A DNA stretch of 64,000 nt from Auanema rhodensis (GCA_964057225.1 OZ059898.1:6634001-6698000), one strand, 5' to 3'; shown: positions 13,033 through 28,273, counted from the first letter of the stretch. A program made the numbers and translations. Notes: generated from the sequence alone by a model not told the origin.

Positions 13033-15950
13033 TCTAAAGTTATCATTTGAACTTGAATCTTAAAAAAACTTGTTAAAGTATAGCGAACAGTTTAGCTAAT
13101 AAGAAAATAACGTTTACGTCTTCTGCTTTTTTCACGTGGAATAAATTTAAAATTTTATCTGCTTATATGGTGAGGTCAGAATTTATTTTCCAATATAATA
13201 ATCAGACCTGATCCATGGATTTACAGCATTGATCATTTAAATTTCATAGTTTTGACTTGTTCGATGGCTTTCCAAGAACGCAAGAGAGTGTAATACAAAA
13301 TTTATGCTGACCAAGTTATGTAAAAATCGATATTCCTGAGGTCTATGCTGCTAGTAATATGCAGATGTAGATGAGAAAAAGCAGATACGGAGTTAGAAAT
13401 TCTATTTAATTTATTTCTGATTAAGTTTTATAATTTATTATTTTAAAAATGTGCTTTTCTCTAGCTTACGATTTTTATATTTTAACTTTAAAGCTAAATT
13501 ACGAGTTCTAATCTACCAGATTTTTTATTAGTTTCGTGTTCCTAAAATCATTTAACTTCACGGTTCAAATCAGTTTAGGCTTATTGTTCTTGATAGAATT
13601 ACTATTTTTTTTAAATTTTAATAAGGTTCATATCGAGGTCAAATTGCCAATCGTAAGCAAGCCAATAACATAGGCTATTGAACATCTGGTAAACAGCCTA
13701 CTGAGCTCATATATTATATTATAATATGCCTACCGCTGTATTATATTTAGCTGCATTTTTGAATTAGCTATACCAAGAGGCCAGATTTTGGTGATAAATC
13801 TGGATAATATGTGATTTTCACGTAGAGATATATTAAAAATTTGCCGATCGTGCACTAAAAAGCTATACTTTCGAGTTGCCTAAGGTTAGGTTACAAAACC
13901 TTTCTTAGTTTAGGCGATTTGATGCATAGATTTACCAATTACAATCGCATGGATCAGTTTACAAAACATTACTATATTATTAGTGTTGAAAATCAGATAG
14001 TGGAATATTGTTTGATAAGAGTGACAACACAGAGGAGGACTATCAATTTCAGAAAAGAAAAGAGAGAAATCAACACATGATCACCGATGAAAGGCAAAGA
14101 AATGCACTAATGTTATCTCAAATCGAGAGCCAAAGGTAACTCAAGGCAATCGACCCGAGAAGCTGCAAACAAACACAGAAAGAGAACGAGGATGATGAGT
14201 TGGCTGTGATGGTTTGTCTAGTCAATGAGTTTACCAGGTCTGTTTGTTGAGAGAAGACTGAATAAAAGAACGAAGTAAGATGAGAAATCATTGTAGAAGA
14301 ACTGAGGCCATGTAAAATCACTCACAAGCAGAGGAAACGTGAAACTGAAATGTAAAGAGGGGAAGGATTGTTCCGTGAATGTGACGAAGAGAAGAGCGAG
14401 GGAGGATAGTCCAGGGAATCATGTCGACGTCGTATACGAAAATACCCAGATGAGTGTAGGCAATTTGACCGATGACGACGAAAATGACAACTGCCGCCAT
14501 TCGGGCAATAGGAATGTTATATGGAACTACAACATCAGTGAGAAAGGAAGGGACATATTATTTTCGAGGAAGATTTCAACTAATAGAACTAGGGCAGGGG
14601 AATAATATCATACTTCAGGCTTAACATCGCGTGCACTTCTTTTACTAAACAGCTATTTAGAACGTTGTTTCAGTTATGAAATAATTGAAGCATATCCATT
14701 ATAAGGTGTAAATAGGCCGATCTTTATTGACCAATACATGCTCATTCCGAGTTATCTGCTTCTGAACATTTATGGCTGCATGCTAGAGTGTACTTTTGTG
14801 ATACTTACAAACAATCTTTCTTTCGAATCCATAAATTAATTTCGTAAACTGTTCTTGCAGCACAGGATAATAATCGGTGGATTGTGGGCTATGGTTGTGG
14901 TTGTTGGAATTGTTACGACTTGACACCAGATAATCGGCCCGCGTCGCTTTGATCGGTGTGATCATTAATACTTAGTTGGTTTTCAAATTTATAGTTTGTG
15001 ATGCCATATGTATAATAACCATTATCGATGTTTCCAGAAAAGGTGAACATTTTACTAACGTTCTCAAAATATTTATTGGCCAATCCTGGTTGAATATACG
15101 CAATGTCTATATTTTGATGAAAACAACTTACAGCAGATTAAAATACGAGAACCTTAGAATAAGTAAGGAATAAGACAAAGGAGACACGAGTTTCCCCATA
15201 TGCGTTACCAGTAGTTTGTCAGCCAACAGTTCAGTAGGATTGGCGCTGATTCCTTGAAAATTTCTTAAATTTCGGACCGATTATCGACGCCACGTGGAGA
15301 TGACCTGATAGTCTGCTATCACTTATACACTATGAGAAGACAATGATAGCTGACGATGAAGAGCAATCATCCGAAGCATGAACGTAAAAAATATTGCTAA
15401 GATTTGGAGAAGGGTGTCATGTTCTTGTTCTTTGCAGTCCAATCTTTTATAGAATGATCAATAGGTTAGACTGTATAGGACTCTACTGGTGACTAGTAGT
15501 ACAAGTAAATCAAACATTGTATATATACATACCTATATACTAAACAATAGAGAAACTTAAAAACATACTCGTAAAGAAGAATAATGAAGCTTTGAGCTTA
15601 AATATTTTCGTTTATAAATTATATCAATAGGATGTTCTTAGTAGGACACATTTTATAACTTGAATATCCAACAGCCGGAAAATAGTAGAGAAGAAAACTT
15701 ACTACTTCTCTGTCGAAAGTACACGCCCATCGTTTGTATTCGAAATTTCGCGTCAATTAATTCGTCACCAGCCGCAACTTCGGTACGTTCCATGGCAAAT
15801 GGCCCAAGACATCAGTGCGTAGACGCGCCAATCATACATCGCATTTTCATTTCGAGCTTGACTTTCTTAAGAATCGGTTGATTTCCACTTCGCCAGACCG
15901 GTCGGCATACACACACTCACCCACTCATTCTTCCTTCATTTGATTCGCAC

Positions 15951-15974
15951 ACATATATATATACATATACATAT

Positions 15975-16011
<37 letters not shown>
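15951..16011. repeat. (TA)/(CA) microsatellite
   Basis: Direct reading. Confidence 0.9.
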
Positions 16012-16014
<3 letters not shown>

Positions 16015-19000
16015 TCATAGATGGTAATGAGCGATTAGATATATGACCCCGATAACATGTGGCATGTTCCGAAGTGGAATAAAATCAGCTAAACGGCTTT
16101 TCAGTTTGTGCGAACAGCACCAACAGCAGCACTAACACCGCAACCAGCGACATCGTTAGCTGCAGCAGCAGAAGCCCAACGGCCACAGCAGCTTGAGTGA
16201 CGACCAAACAATGAACTGACCCCGTGACCAGTCCACATTCGTCTTGGTTCCACTCTATTCTTAGATTGATACTGGAAGTTCAGGAAAGACGACAATTTCC
16301 CATGTAGCTATTTATCGACTTGATTCATCTCCTCTTTTTTAAGACAATTTCTTTAATGTATTCTTTAACAAAAACAGATTTAGCTGTTCTATCGAATGGG
16401 TTTTTGTCTCATGACCTTTGCCAGTTATGTGCAACAAAAACAACCCACGTAGCGTTTGTTTGGCTTACATCTATTTATAATTAGGAACCGGAAACGGGCT
16501 AAACGAATATATCATATTATATAAATGTATATGTATATACACACCCATTCTGTTGGAAAAATGTTATGTCCCGTAATAAATACTGGCTTTTTGAAAAGTT
16601 TAGCTTTCGGACTTATTGCAGAGTGAAGTTTTCAATCAATAAAATAAAAGTACTTGTATTCATGAAATTATATGGGTGCTAGCATTTTAAAGACTTACTA
16701 AAGCCGACCTAATCGATTCTTATTGGTGGTAACCTGGGTATTTGACTTAACCCCGGCAAACGAATTTGGGCTATGGCGGCTGTGTGAATATAGTGGTATA
16801 TGTGAACAACGCCAACTGCGAATATTACAAACTGCAATTCTTCTTCAAGATCTCCTCGTTTTGACATTCATATGCTCATTTATACAGAGGCTTTCGAATA
16901 CCTTATCTAAGGCTTTACATCGGACACCATCAGGCTCACTCGGATTGAGAGGTGCATGATTACCTGAAATTGTATGCACACATGGATCGCGTTAATCTAT
17001 CCTAGCTTAAACAGCACGCTGAGCAACGGGACAAACGGGAATCGGTAGTACTACCGGATATTGTTCAGTACCTTTTCGTTCAGGACCTCAAAGGTTCTGT
17101 AGTACAGAGACACGGAGAACTTCTCTCCGTCCCTGTGAGCTGAAATAGCGCTTCTTACTTAGAGAGAGAGCCCCATGTGTGAAATAGTGTCTATGTGAAG
17201 GAGATTTCCTTCCCCAGTGTTCGCTGATGGAGATGGGAAAGATAGCATGTAGCGGAGGCCACAGGCGTCGATGCGAATCGATGCAAAAACGACCATGCGG
17301 AAAAAGGAGGGCGCAGGCAGTTATACAACTGGAGAGAGTCAAATAGCTATTGAGAGCGCAGCAAAAGCTATCGATCAGAGTGGACGAGAAAGTGTGTACA
17401 CAAGAGAGGGCGCTTCTACAAGGCCGGCCCCTCCGACCAGTGTTTTGTTTCCCTGCCTACATCGTCGCTCTAGCCTCCCTACCACCCTCCCTATCTAGAG
17501 AGACGGAGATCAAGTCGTTTACTACCGTATAAGGAAGAAATCGGTTAAAAGAGGTATGTAACTCGTCCCTCTAATGCTTAAAAACTTTAAGGTTACCGGA
17601 AATTTATAAGCTGATTTTTTTTCCGCTTTAAATAATGTAAAAATTGGCCAAAACACAATACTCTTTCTTACTCTTTTCCTCTGATCCTCTCTCTATTATT
17701 TTTAACTCTCTCTATTTCCATCCTTTTATTTTTTTTCTTTTCCTTTCCTATTTCTCCATTAATACCATCACAACGTTCAGCATTGTGAAGTTAAATGAGT
17801 ACGTTCAAACTTAACATAATATAGATTTATGAATAACTAAGGGACGCTTTTTTCCTAAAGATAGTCTGAATAAATAATATTTTTCAACTTCTTTTGGTGT
17901 AAGAAACAATTTCAATAAATTACTAAGCTTTTCCTGAAATATATAACTAAAATAGCCAACCTGTGTGAACCTTTCTAATATTTCATTCTGGGAGCGTAGC
18001 ACGTGACTAACCCCTGTGCTACCCACTAACATACCAAAATCGTTTTTCCTTCTCATAAATGCTATTCATAAATTGACTCATTATCAATTTAATTGATAGT
18101 AAACTAAATTAGAGATTTATAATATTTTTTTTTAATAATTTTCATCAAAACGGAACAAAATCGAATATTTCAATTCACTCTTTTTTACAATATAAAATAG
18201 TCTAACCCAATGCATCCACAATAATGGAAAATGGTGGCTAGCGTCTTTTGCCACGACCATGTGGACTGATTCTCGACAAGCTCCACTTTTCTCGTCAGTC
18301 AGCAGGCATAAGAACGTTTACAAGAAGAAGACGCGCTAGCTGGTTGAGGAGAACGAGATCCATCGAGTATCCGCAACTCATAGGTGATGAGACGAATTGA
18401 AAACTTAGGAGAACTCTTGCTCTTTTTTACTACTAACACTACCAATGAAAGTCCCATTTTGACTGTTTCCTTTATTTCTATTCTCTCCTCTGCCTTTCTT
18501 CCGATGTTATCCCCGTCTCGTGGCCTACCACTCTCTCGATCAATACACTGACGTGTATATCGCCAGTCTTTGCACTCTCTAGGCTTGACATACTGTTTAG
18601 CGTCTGTCTAGTCACCCCCCTTGTTTGCTTTACTCTCTCGCGAAAATTAGCCGCACGCACACTCCCTGGGACGCGTGCTATTTTCGGTTGGCGTCCTCGT
18701 CACTCAATGCAGTCTATCCTTGCATTCCGATTTGTTACCATCTTTGCCCTCTCTCTTCACTATAGTCTCAGTTTCGGTGGGAAGATTTAATATTTGAAAT
18801 TCTGAAGCTTCTTCTTCCTTAACATCTATTCTTAAATATATATATATATAATATATGGCTTGACAATATAGGTTATTATCGATTTTATTGGAAAGCCGTT
18901 GGCGTTCTCCGTCAAATTATTCGTCATTGCTCATATCCAATCATCTTATAAAGATCAGCTTTTCTTCCTACGATTTACAGTTTTAAATATTATTTTAAAT

Positions 19001-19183
19001 TTGAAATATAATTTATGCTTTTAATTATAAAAATCTGAATATACAATAAATGGAAGTAATCGATATTTCCTTCCCATTCTTAACCGTTATTAATTTATTG
19101 CAATCGTTTATTATCTTGTAATTATATTGTTGTTCCTTGAATGGTCTAAGCTAAAACGAAAAAGGTTTTTCAGGACTTGAAAA

Positions 19184-21640
19184 ATGAATCAAAATATAAC
19201 GTATACATATACCGCTGATCCTCGAAATAATCAACAGCAGCAACAAAATCAGCAGGTTTCTTTCCATTGAAATATAACAAGTATAAACAAAATATTTAGA
19301 AATTTCCTATGAGAGAGCACATACAGGGGCTCTCGTTTCACCCTTCATCATATCAAGGTGCAACTTACACAACATCTACTTCAACTCCTTTCCATGCGAA
19401 TAATGCTTCATTTCTCCAGAGCAATGTTGTTGGTTTTTATATTGGTTATGAAGTAATTGGTGTTTTAATTTAGCTTCATGCTATTCCACAATCTAGCGTT
19501 CAAGCACGGCAGCAGCAACAGCAGCAGCATCAAAATGAAACAGAAGAGAAGGTTGGAATTGTATAATTTTTTGTATAAGCTCTTGTTATTTTAGCCAAGA
19601 ATTACATCAATGATGGAGGCATACTTTGTTGAGCCCAATACATCAACCAGCAACAATTGGGCGCATCACTCTCAGGGACAAGTAAGTCTTTTTGAGCTGT
19701 ATATAGCTAATTAATACTTTCTAGGTCACTTATACAAATGGAACGCTCATTGCTGGATCCCCAAACATTAAGGTTGTTATACTTTTCTCAATGTCAATCT
19801 TACTTTTATATTTTATAGAATGTTACAAAAATTAATATATCCCCTGATAAAGCCGAAAAGGAGAGACTTAAAAAAGCACGCCAAGCTGAAGCTGCTCGGA
19901 TGAGGTAAGCTGATTGATATAATCATACAATGCTAAGGTTTATGCAATTAATTTGTAGATATCACCGACTTACTCCTGAGGAAAAACGCGAACTCAATTT
20001 GAAGAGAACATTAGCTCAAAAGAGAAAGCGACAAAGAGAAAAGGAATTGGAAGAATTAGATAATATTTTAAGAGAAACAAACGATATTCAGGTGCGCATA
20101 TTGTGGCGGATTCTTAATTAAGCTCTATATTTATAGGAAGACCCGGACATCACTGAACAACTTCGCGAGAAAAGAATGAGAGCGAAATGGGCAGAAGCTG
20201 CTCGAGCACGTTATGCTAGAATGACACCGGAAGAGAGGAGAGCTCATAACAATCGCAGAAGGATGAGACAAATGCAGAATGCTTTAGCTGCTGTCAAAGT
20301 ACGTTTAAGTTCATATGGCTGTACGCAAATATATTGGATGAGATTATCATAAATTATATTCATACTTGCCTAATTGAATAAGCACCGTGACGCAAAACTT
20401 ATTTCAATTTATTTTAAGGGTAATTCGGAATTTTCTGGATTACAAATGGTTCCCAGCGGTGACCCCGTAAAGGATGAAGAAGCGGTTAGGCAACATATCA
20501 AAAGTCAAAATGCTAAAAAAGCTGAGGCTGCTAGACAAAGGTAATTCACCCGAATAGGGATGTAATAATAAGAAACTTAATATATTAAGGTATCATAGGA
20601 TGACTGAGGAAGAAAAAAGGCTTTACAATCAGAGACGAACTGAAGCTTTCCGCCGAAGACGAATGGAAGAGGTTATCATAAAATAATGGATTCATCTTTA
20701 ATGATTAATTTCAGGAGATGCTTTTGGCTATGCCCATAGGGAGAATCAATGGTGAAGCACTAGACCGAGCTCAGCAAATTGTCGTTAGAAACGCTAAACG
20801 TGCTGAAGCAGCTCGTGCTCGCTATCAGAGAATGACTCCTGACCAGCGAAAGGTATTAGGAAAAGTATATCTTCTTTTCGGGAATTATAGTAATCTAATA
20901 TTTATAGAGTTATAACCAAAAACGATATACTCCCAAAAGACGAAGCGATCGTGTGGTAACCCCTGGAGGCGAACCGGCCACTCCCGCTCCTGCCACTCCC
21001 ACTGCAACTGTTAAAAAATCTGAAGATCTTGACGCACTTTCCTCGTTAGAGAGAGATGTTCTGAAGCGCACACAACAAGCTCAACAAGTGAGTTTATTAT
21101 TTTGATACATCTTAAAATATGTTTTGTCACAGGTGCTGATGAGGCAAGGACAGCGTCTTACTAGCAGCGTCTCAACACCAGCTACTGGCTCTGGTGGTAA
21201 TTCATCATATATTATACAGCAAAATCCTTCTCATTTGAACAGTCAGGTATTTAGTGTACATTTATTTTGAAACCTCATGTTGTGTTTTCAGCTATCAAGT
21301 TCGGGAAGTAATCATCAAAATGTAGTTCATGTTTCTCATCAGATGCAAAATACATTAAGTCAATCTCTACTCTCTCAGCAACAAGTTTGTTAATAATCAT
21401 ATACGTTTTACTTATTTTTTCTAGGGTCATCATGCGGTAGTACATCATACTCCCACTTCGGGGCATTTAAGTGTCAATCACCCGTCATCGCACCAGGTAG
21501 GATAGAACTAATGTTATTTTTCTATATCCTACAGTTTCCAGGTTTCTTACACATCTAATGGAAATATGATGATTAACGGTCAACATAGCGTAGGTCAGCA
21601 ACAAGTCATAAATCCCTATGGTGCCCCACAAAGAAATTAA
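19184..21640 (+). CDS. Q-rich protein with four basic helical repeats (AEAARxRYxRMTPEE[KR]RxYN), paralog A
   Basis: TTTTCAG then ATG 19184; multi-exon frame through four repeats and LERDVLKRTQQAQQ; stop TAA 21638-40. Confidence 0.88.
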
Positions 21641-22175
21641 GTGCCTGCTTGTACTGCTTTGAAACAGTCGGGTGATCTCGTTTTATTTTCCAAATATGCG
21701 GTGAGTTAAATTTCACTAGCAGAAAATTTTGAATTTCCCAAGTTTTCATTGTCATCGTGGCTTAACACGGATTTTGTTATATTTGAAATGTGTAACGGGA
21801 TTTGAATGTGCTAAATATTTGATTTATATTATATGGGAGTTGGTAGTAGACGAAGAATTAATAAGTCTAGTAGGATATCAGGATGTTGTATGTTCCTCAT
21901 TGCCTATACATATTTATCCTTTACACTTTGTTTCTCTTCATGTTGTTTTATCTTAACCATCCTTGTATTGTTTGTTATACCATTACGGACAACTCCTGTT
22001 CGCAATTCTATGATTTAATAAGTTTTTTTATATTAATAAAGTATCACACAATAAATCATTTGTATTACGTCTTTTTATCCAAATCATGGTATTTTGTACC
22101 ATTTTATATCTCATATTTTAGTTTTTTAAGCCATATTAATGTTTTGATGTTGCTTAATTCTCTATTTATAGGGTG

Positions 22176-25100
22176 ATGAATCAACACCCCATATATATGA
22201 CTGCAAGCAGTCCGCGAGATGATCGGCACCTGGATAACTTAACGTCAGATAGCAATGGACCTACATTTCAAGCATTGGGCTCCTTTCATCCCCAGGTATT
22301 TGCTTACTTGAAATTAGGATAAGTGTATATTATTTATAGACTACTACTTATTATTCTCCCGCTCCCACAACATTTCATGTTACGACTCCATACGGACAAG
22401 ACCGAAAGGACTATGTAAGCTTTACAGTTTTTTGAATGCGTAAAGTATGAGTTTTAAAGTTATCATCAATACATGGATTGACACCTGTTCGGCTCCCAGA
22501 ATTATCGTCGTCCCTTTCTGGGAATAATTCATCTGAGATGGTAAATACATTATTCGCAGTATAACTATTAGTTATTTTTCAGATGTCAACCCTTGGAACT
22601 TTGAAAGAACATCCTGCGGCAGTTCAAGCTGATCAAATGAACGCATATATGGAATTCTTCGTTGATCCAGAGCAGGGTACATCTAGTCAGGTGGTACATC
22701 AAGAAAATATTGTTGTAGATGATGAAATCGGCCATCATTCTTCTCATTTGCTAGTTTCTGATAAGTATGTTTTCTTCTAATTATTCGTTGTTTATATTAT
22801 GTTAAGGATGATGCTGTCTCCTCTCACAGATGATTCTATTTTGGATGGTCTAGGGGGTAGCAAAAGGTTAAATTATTTTTATAAAAATAAATGATTGATT
22901 ATTTCAGTTTTAGGTATCATATCTTATCAGATGAACATAAACGAGATGCTAATTTAAGAAGAGCTGATTTGCTAAAAAAGAAGAGACAAACAGAAAAGGA
23001 AAGGAAAGAGTTAGATGAAATTTTACGACAATCGAATGATATTGATGTAAGCTTAATTATATTGTATTAAAGCAACACTTTTTTTCCAGGATCCTGAAGC
23101 GATTGAGAGGGTTCGAACTGCTCAAGCTCGAGCTCGACGTGCTGAAGCGGCACGTTCTAGGTACCAGAGAATGTCAGAAGTGGAACGAAAGTATGATCTC
23201 TTGCCTTATTTTGTGTCTCACAACTACATAATTAAGGGCATTTAATCAACGACGGCGATTGAAAGCTTTAGGAATTGATCCTGATAGTCCCAAGGCTTTA
23301 CAAGATCCTAATATAGTGAAAGATAGTATACGCTTGGCAAACGCTAAAAAGGCTGAAGCTGCTCGGTTACGGTAACTATTTTTATGTTCAGAACATTTGT
23401 AAATTAATGTATACTTGAAGTTATCATCGCATGTCTCCTGAGGAACGAAGAGAGTATAACCAACGTCGAACAGAATCTTTTAGACGCCGTCGGATGGAAG
23501 AGGAGATATTGTTATCAACGCCAGCAGGTACCTGGATAAACTAGTTTAAAATCTGTTTTAGAATTTCACGATTTAGGTCGCATCTCTGCTGATGCTTTGG
23601 CTAAAGCACAACAGATAATGATTAGAAATGCACGTAAAGCTGAAGCAGCAAGAGCTCGATACCAAAGGATGACTCCAGAAGAACGCAAACAATACAATAT
23701 TCGTCGAGCTCAGTCAAAGAAGGCGCGTAATCGGGCAATTTCCGAGGCTCGTGCTGCAGCAGTAGCCGCTGCCAGTGCTAATATGTCATCCGACTGTTCT
23801 CTAAACAGCTCACAAAGTATGTTTTTTATTCTTAAGATTTTGATTGAAACAACCTGAATTTAGTTTTAGGTTTGGGTGCCACTTTGCATTCTTCTCTTGG
23901 CTCTCAATTCCCTTCGGAACCTCCAGCAAATATACTAGAGGTGTGCTATAATCCGCAGTTTCAGTTAGTATTGTTTTATTTCAGGGCTTGGGTTCTGATC
24001 CAACTCCCCCCGCTTCTGTACCTGCTCCTGCTACTAGTACAAGTTCTGCTCCTGTATCATCGCCTAGTTCCATATCTACCTCAGCTGATGTCAAACCCAC
24101 CATGTCCACACCAACTGCTACTACCAGCTCATCTCCTATTCCATGTAAAGATACTACCACCGATGATATTTTTCAACAAATGGAACGAGATGTTATGAAA
24201 CGAACAAAGCAAGCCCATCTCACACTTGCCAAACAGAGGCAAGTCGAAAATGCATCAAATCTTACGTAGCTTTTACTTTTAGGTATTTATCGACGTCTTC
24301 ATTAGGAAACCCACTTACAACTACACCGCCCTCTGGCAATTCTTTATCTAATGTTTCCTTAAATAATGTATCGCTCTCTAACGCTCCCTTGTCTAATTCA
24401 TCTGTTATTCACCATGACCAGCATAATATATCATCCGATCAGCATTTACTAGACGAATCTCAATTACAACAATTTTCTCACGTATGTGTTAATATTCAAA
24501 ACATATATTTTGTTGAATTTTAGAGCCAGCAAATAATGATCGACGAGAAACTGTTACGACAAATTCTTGTTACTGGACGGGATCAAAATGGTCAAGAAGT
24601 TGAGCTTCGAACTATGGATGGTCGTATAATCCGGGAAGAGAATGAGCTCAAGTAATCATCATATTCTCTTGTACGGATATAATATTTTCATTTCAGTGCG
24701 CTTGGCCGAGGAACTCCTATTCTTATTCATCCTAGGCAAACTACACCAATTACTCTAAGTCAAGCTTTTTCTAATCATTTGGGACCGTCTACATCAGGAC
24801 AATCTAATATCTATGCACATCCTACTACACCGAACCGATATAGATCAAGTTAGTTTTTTCTTTTGAATATGCATTCTAATCCACATGTTTAGACGAGCCC
24901 TCTAACGGCCAACCTGCTGTACTTGATAAGCAATCTTTAGCTAAAGCTAGAAGAGCTGAACGAGCTCGCATAAGATATCATAGCATGCTTCCAGAAGTTC
25001 GACAAGAACAGAACGCCCGTAGAGCAGACTTGTTAAGAAAGGTATTTTGACTTTTTCAGATTAGTAAAATATTAATTCGTATTGCAGTCTCGACAACGTG

Positions 25101-25622
25101 ATGAACAACTAGTACAGCTTGCAGAAACTGTTGATGTTGACACTCTCCAACCTGAAACTAGACAAGCTATAATCGAAGCCCAAGCCCGAAGAGCACGTCG
25201 AGCCGAGCAGGCTCGAGCAAAATATCATCGAATGAATAGGTTTGTTGAGCTTAAAATGACTTCACATAAGATACTTATTTCAGCGAAGAGAGAAGACAGT
25301 ACAATGCTATGCGTGATGCGCAGAGAAGGCAAAGAAAGAGACAGCAAGAGAGCAGAGGTCGAGACGAGCCTACGACTTCTTCCTCAGTATCAGCAGGAGG
25401 ATCTGGTTCGATTTATTTACTTGTTGCGTTGTAACAGATATAACTTCAGGTGACCAACTGAATGCTCTGGGTGAAGCCACAATTAGTAGCGCTAGTAATT
25501 CATCTCTCTCGCCTCATCGACAAAATCACTCAGGAGATGATGGTGTTCGAGAACAGCAAATGATCTATGCCACATACGATATGTACGATGATTATAAACC
25601 GTTATCTGGCTGGGATCATTAG
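22176..25622 (+). CDS. Paralog B with six basic helical repeats
   Basis: MNQHPIY... N-terminus similar to paralog A; repeats such as NAKKAEAARLRYHRMSPEERREYNQRR, NARKAEAARARYQRMTPEERKQYN, RARRAEQARAKYHRMNSEERRQYN; MERDVMKRTKQA; stop TAG 25620-22. Confidence 0.88.
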
Positions 25623-28273
25623 TAGTGTAAGTAAAACCAACTCGATACTTTGACAGTGTTGCCTATACCATTCCATATTGCATTTATTTTGCCTGATACC
25701 AAATTATATTTAGTCAAGAAAACCGTTGTTCAATATTTTTCGCTTTAAATATTCCTCTTTCCCTGTTTCAGCACGCCCCACTTAAAGCAATCCTTTCATC
25801 CCCGAGTTTAAATTGGTGAAGCTATTACGAGTAGATATTCATTTATTTTGTTATATTGATTTCATGTGTTTGTATTATCTCCATTGAGACTATTTATCAG
25901 AGTCATAGATTTCTGGGTATTTTATGCGTGTTAATCATTCTTTCTGTTTCTTGGCTTTATGAAATAGAGTCGAGCCATATTGACAGAGAATGCTTCTTTT
26001 CAAAGTATTTGCAAAATTTTTAATTTATCTTGCCGTAGTCAGTTTTCAATGTGTACAAAATGTTTCTATTTGTATGTATATATATATTTTTTATATATAC
26101 GTGGACGAGCTTGATAGTTTAGTAGCCAAGGAGATTATTACACATATTCCGTAATCTATAATCGAAATTATCTCACAATCTCTGGTGTGCTTATCGTTAT
26201 TAAATGCTTTGATCCATATCACAAATTTATTCCATGCCCTTGACCCTTTCTTCATCACTTTGTTGTTCATTTAATGTAATAATAATGTAATAATAATAAT
26301 AATGTGAGCTGTTCATAATACAGTTTTCTTTTTGTACGTGCAACGTGAAAGAGCATATTAAAACATTTATCTTTTTTTTTCATTTTATGCTTGATTGCGA
26401 TTGCTCTCAAATAGAGAATTGTGGTTATCCTGTATAACAATTTTTATAGTGATGATATGTACATTCCTTTTTGGTAAATGAATATTAATTATAGGTACTG
26501 CTTAAATAAATACTTCAAAATTTTGTCAAAGTTCAGTATTGAACGCTTGAATTGTCATTTAGTATGATGATCAAAAAAATAGTCACAGGTGATACAGTAT
26601 GTTCACTAGAACAAGTGTTTCACAATGCTAGCAGGTATTTTCTTTATTGTAACCTCTGCCGGTTGAAATACTGTGTTCTATTTCGCCTGTTGTTTCAGGC
26701 TCCTAGCAGGCACATAGCCTATCTGTTTATATTCAGGAACAATTGAAATTGACCGTGATAATGATGTCAATTTGGAGGTCAGTCGTTACATTCAGGTTAG
26801 CCTAGACAAAGCAATTGCTATATTCCCTATTTCACTGAAGTTTTGATGTTCACGTAATTTCAGTAGTTTTTCTCTTTCACATGAGAGTAATATTTGTATG
26901 AGAACTTTAAAATAATACTGAGTAACATTACTTTTTTATTTAAGTCGACTCGGTCCAAGAGCCGGAAAATTGATTATCATTTAATATAAGAATGATAATA
27001 TATATAAATCAAATATATTTTTCATAACTTCTTCTTAGTAGACCTTATAATCAATCAATTACAAATCGAATTAACAGTTTTTCATGTTTGCTTATAGTGT
27101 CTTAATGCCTGTCAATATGCTGAATATAGATTATTATCTAATTTCCATATAAGGTTTATTCACCTGCTTTCGAATCATCTTTACAAATAATAGTACGAAT
27201 AATTGTCTACCTCACAGTATACATAAACGTATACATAAACACGCTAAGAAATTCATAAGTATTGAAAGGAATATTCGGAACCTTATGTTGGAAGTATTTT
27301 TGTGCCGATCTTCTCGCATTCTACTCTCAGAACAGTAGTTTGACTCTTCCTTCTCATCTCTACGTATTCTTTCTCAAATCTCTATTTCGTTTGCTGTTCT
27401 TCTCCTCTCCCTCTCTCGCAGAAGTAGTGTGACTAGTGTCTTCTCCTAAGATCACCCTTTTCTCTCGTTTGGTTGCGTCGCCTTCTCTTACAGCAAGTGT
27501 ACAGATAGATGGACTGTCCGAGAGGTTTGACAGGTCGCCTAAATGCTTAGTATTCAGCTATTTATATATAATATTCAATGGTTTTTATTTTTATAATATT
27601 CTTCTTATTTGTAATTTCTTGTTATACATTTTTTAGAACTATAAGTATAATTTAATATTGAATGAAAGATTTACTTAACCTTGAATAGGCTATATCCAAT
27701 TTATTATTGGAACTATTTTTTTTCTTTCAATTCAATTACCTTAATATCTAATATTGTTCTTTACTTAATAAAAACTAATTAATCCTTACCTATATTTGAT
27801 TCTTATTAGCTCTTCAAGTTCCAAAAGATCATAAGTTTTTAAAAAGATTCTTATATTCTATTTATTCATTGATGTTGATGTTGATGAATCGATCGATTAT
27901 TATCTCAACACTTATTCAACGTGAACGACGTGTATATTCCTTTCGAAATACATCTTATTTTTGCAAATCTTCTTTTTTTCTAAACGCCGTTTTCGAGACT
28001 TTATTGATGCGATCAAAACAGCTGTTCCAATCGAAATCACACAAAATATTCTTTATGAGATGTAGCTTGTTTAACATCAATTTTTAAAAAAGTTCAATGC
28101 TGAATTCGTCTTTGGTTACAATTTATACATTAGAAATTACTAAAACTCGATGGTTTGAAATCTCAAAAACAAATTTGTATCTCAGCCCGTGAAACAATTT
28201 TTAAATTTTTTAGACTTTGTTAAAATGTTTATCTTTCTTTCTTCAGAAGGGTCTTTGCCTCTACTAACGATTA

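Noticed and set aside
14339-14605. ORF with CKEGKDCSVNVTKRR, like a nuclear-receptor D-box
   Set aside because: No first zinc finger, no following CxxCR, and no splice-linked exons.
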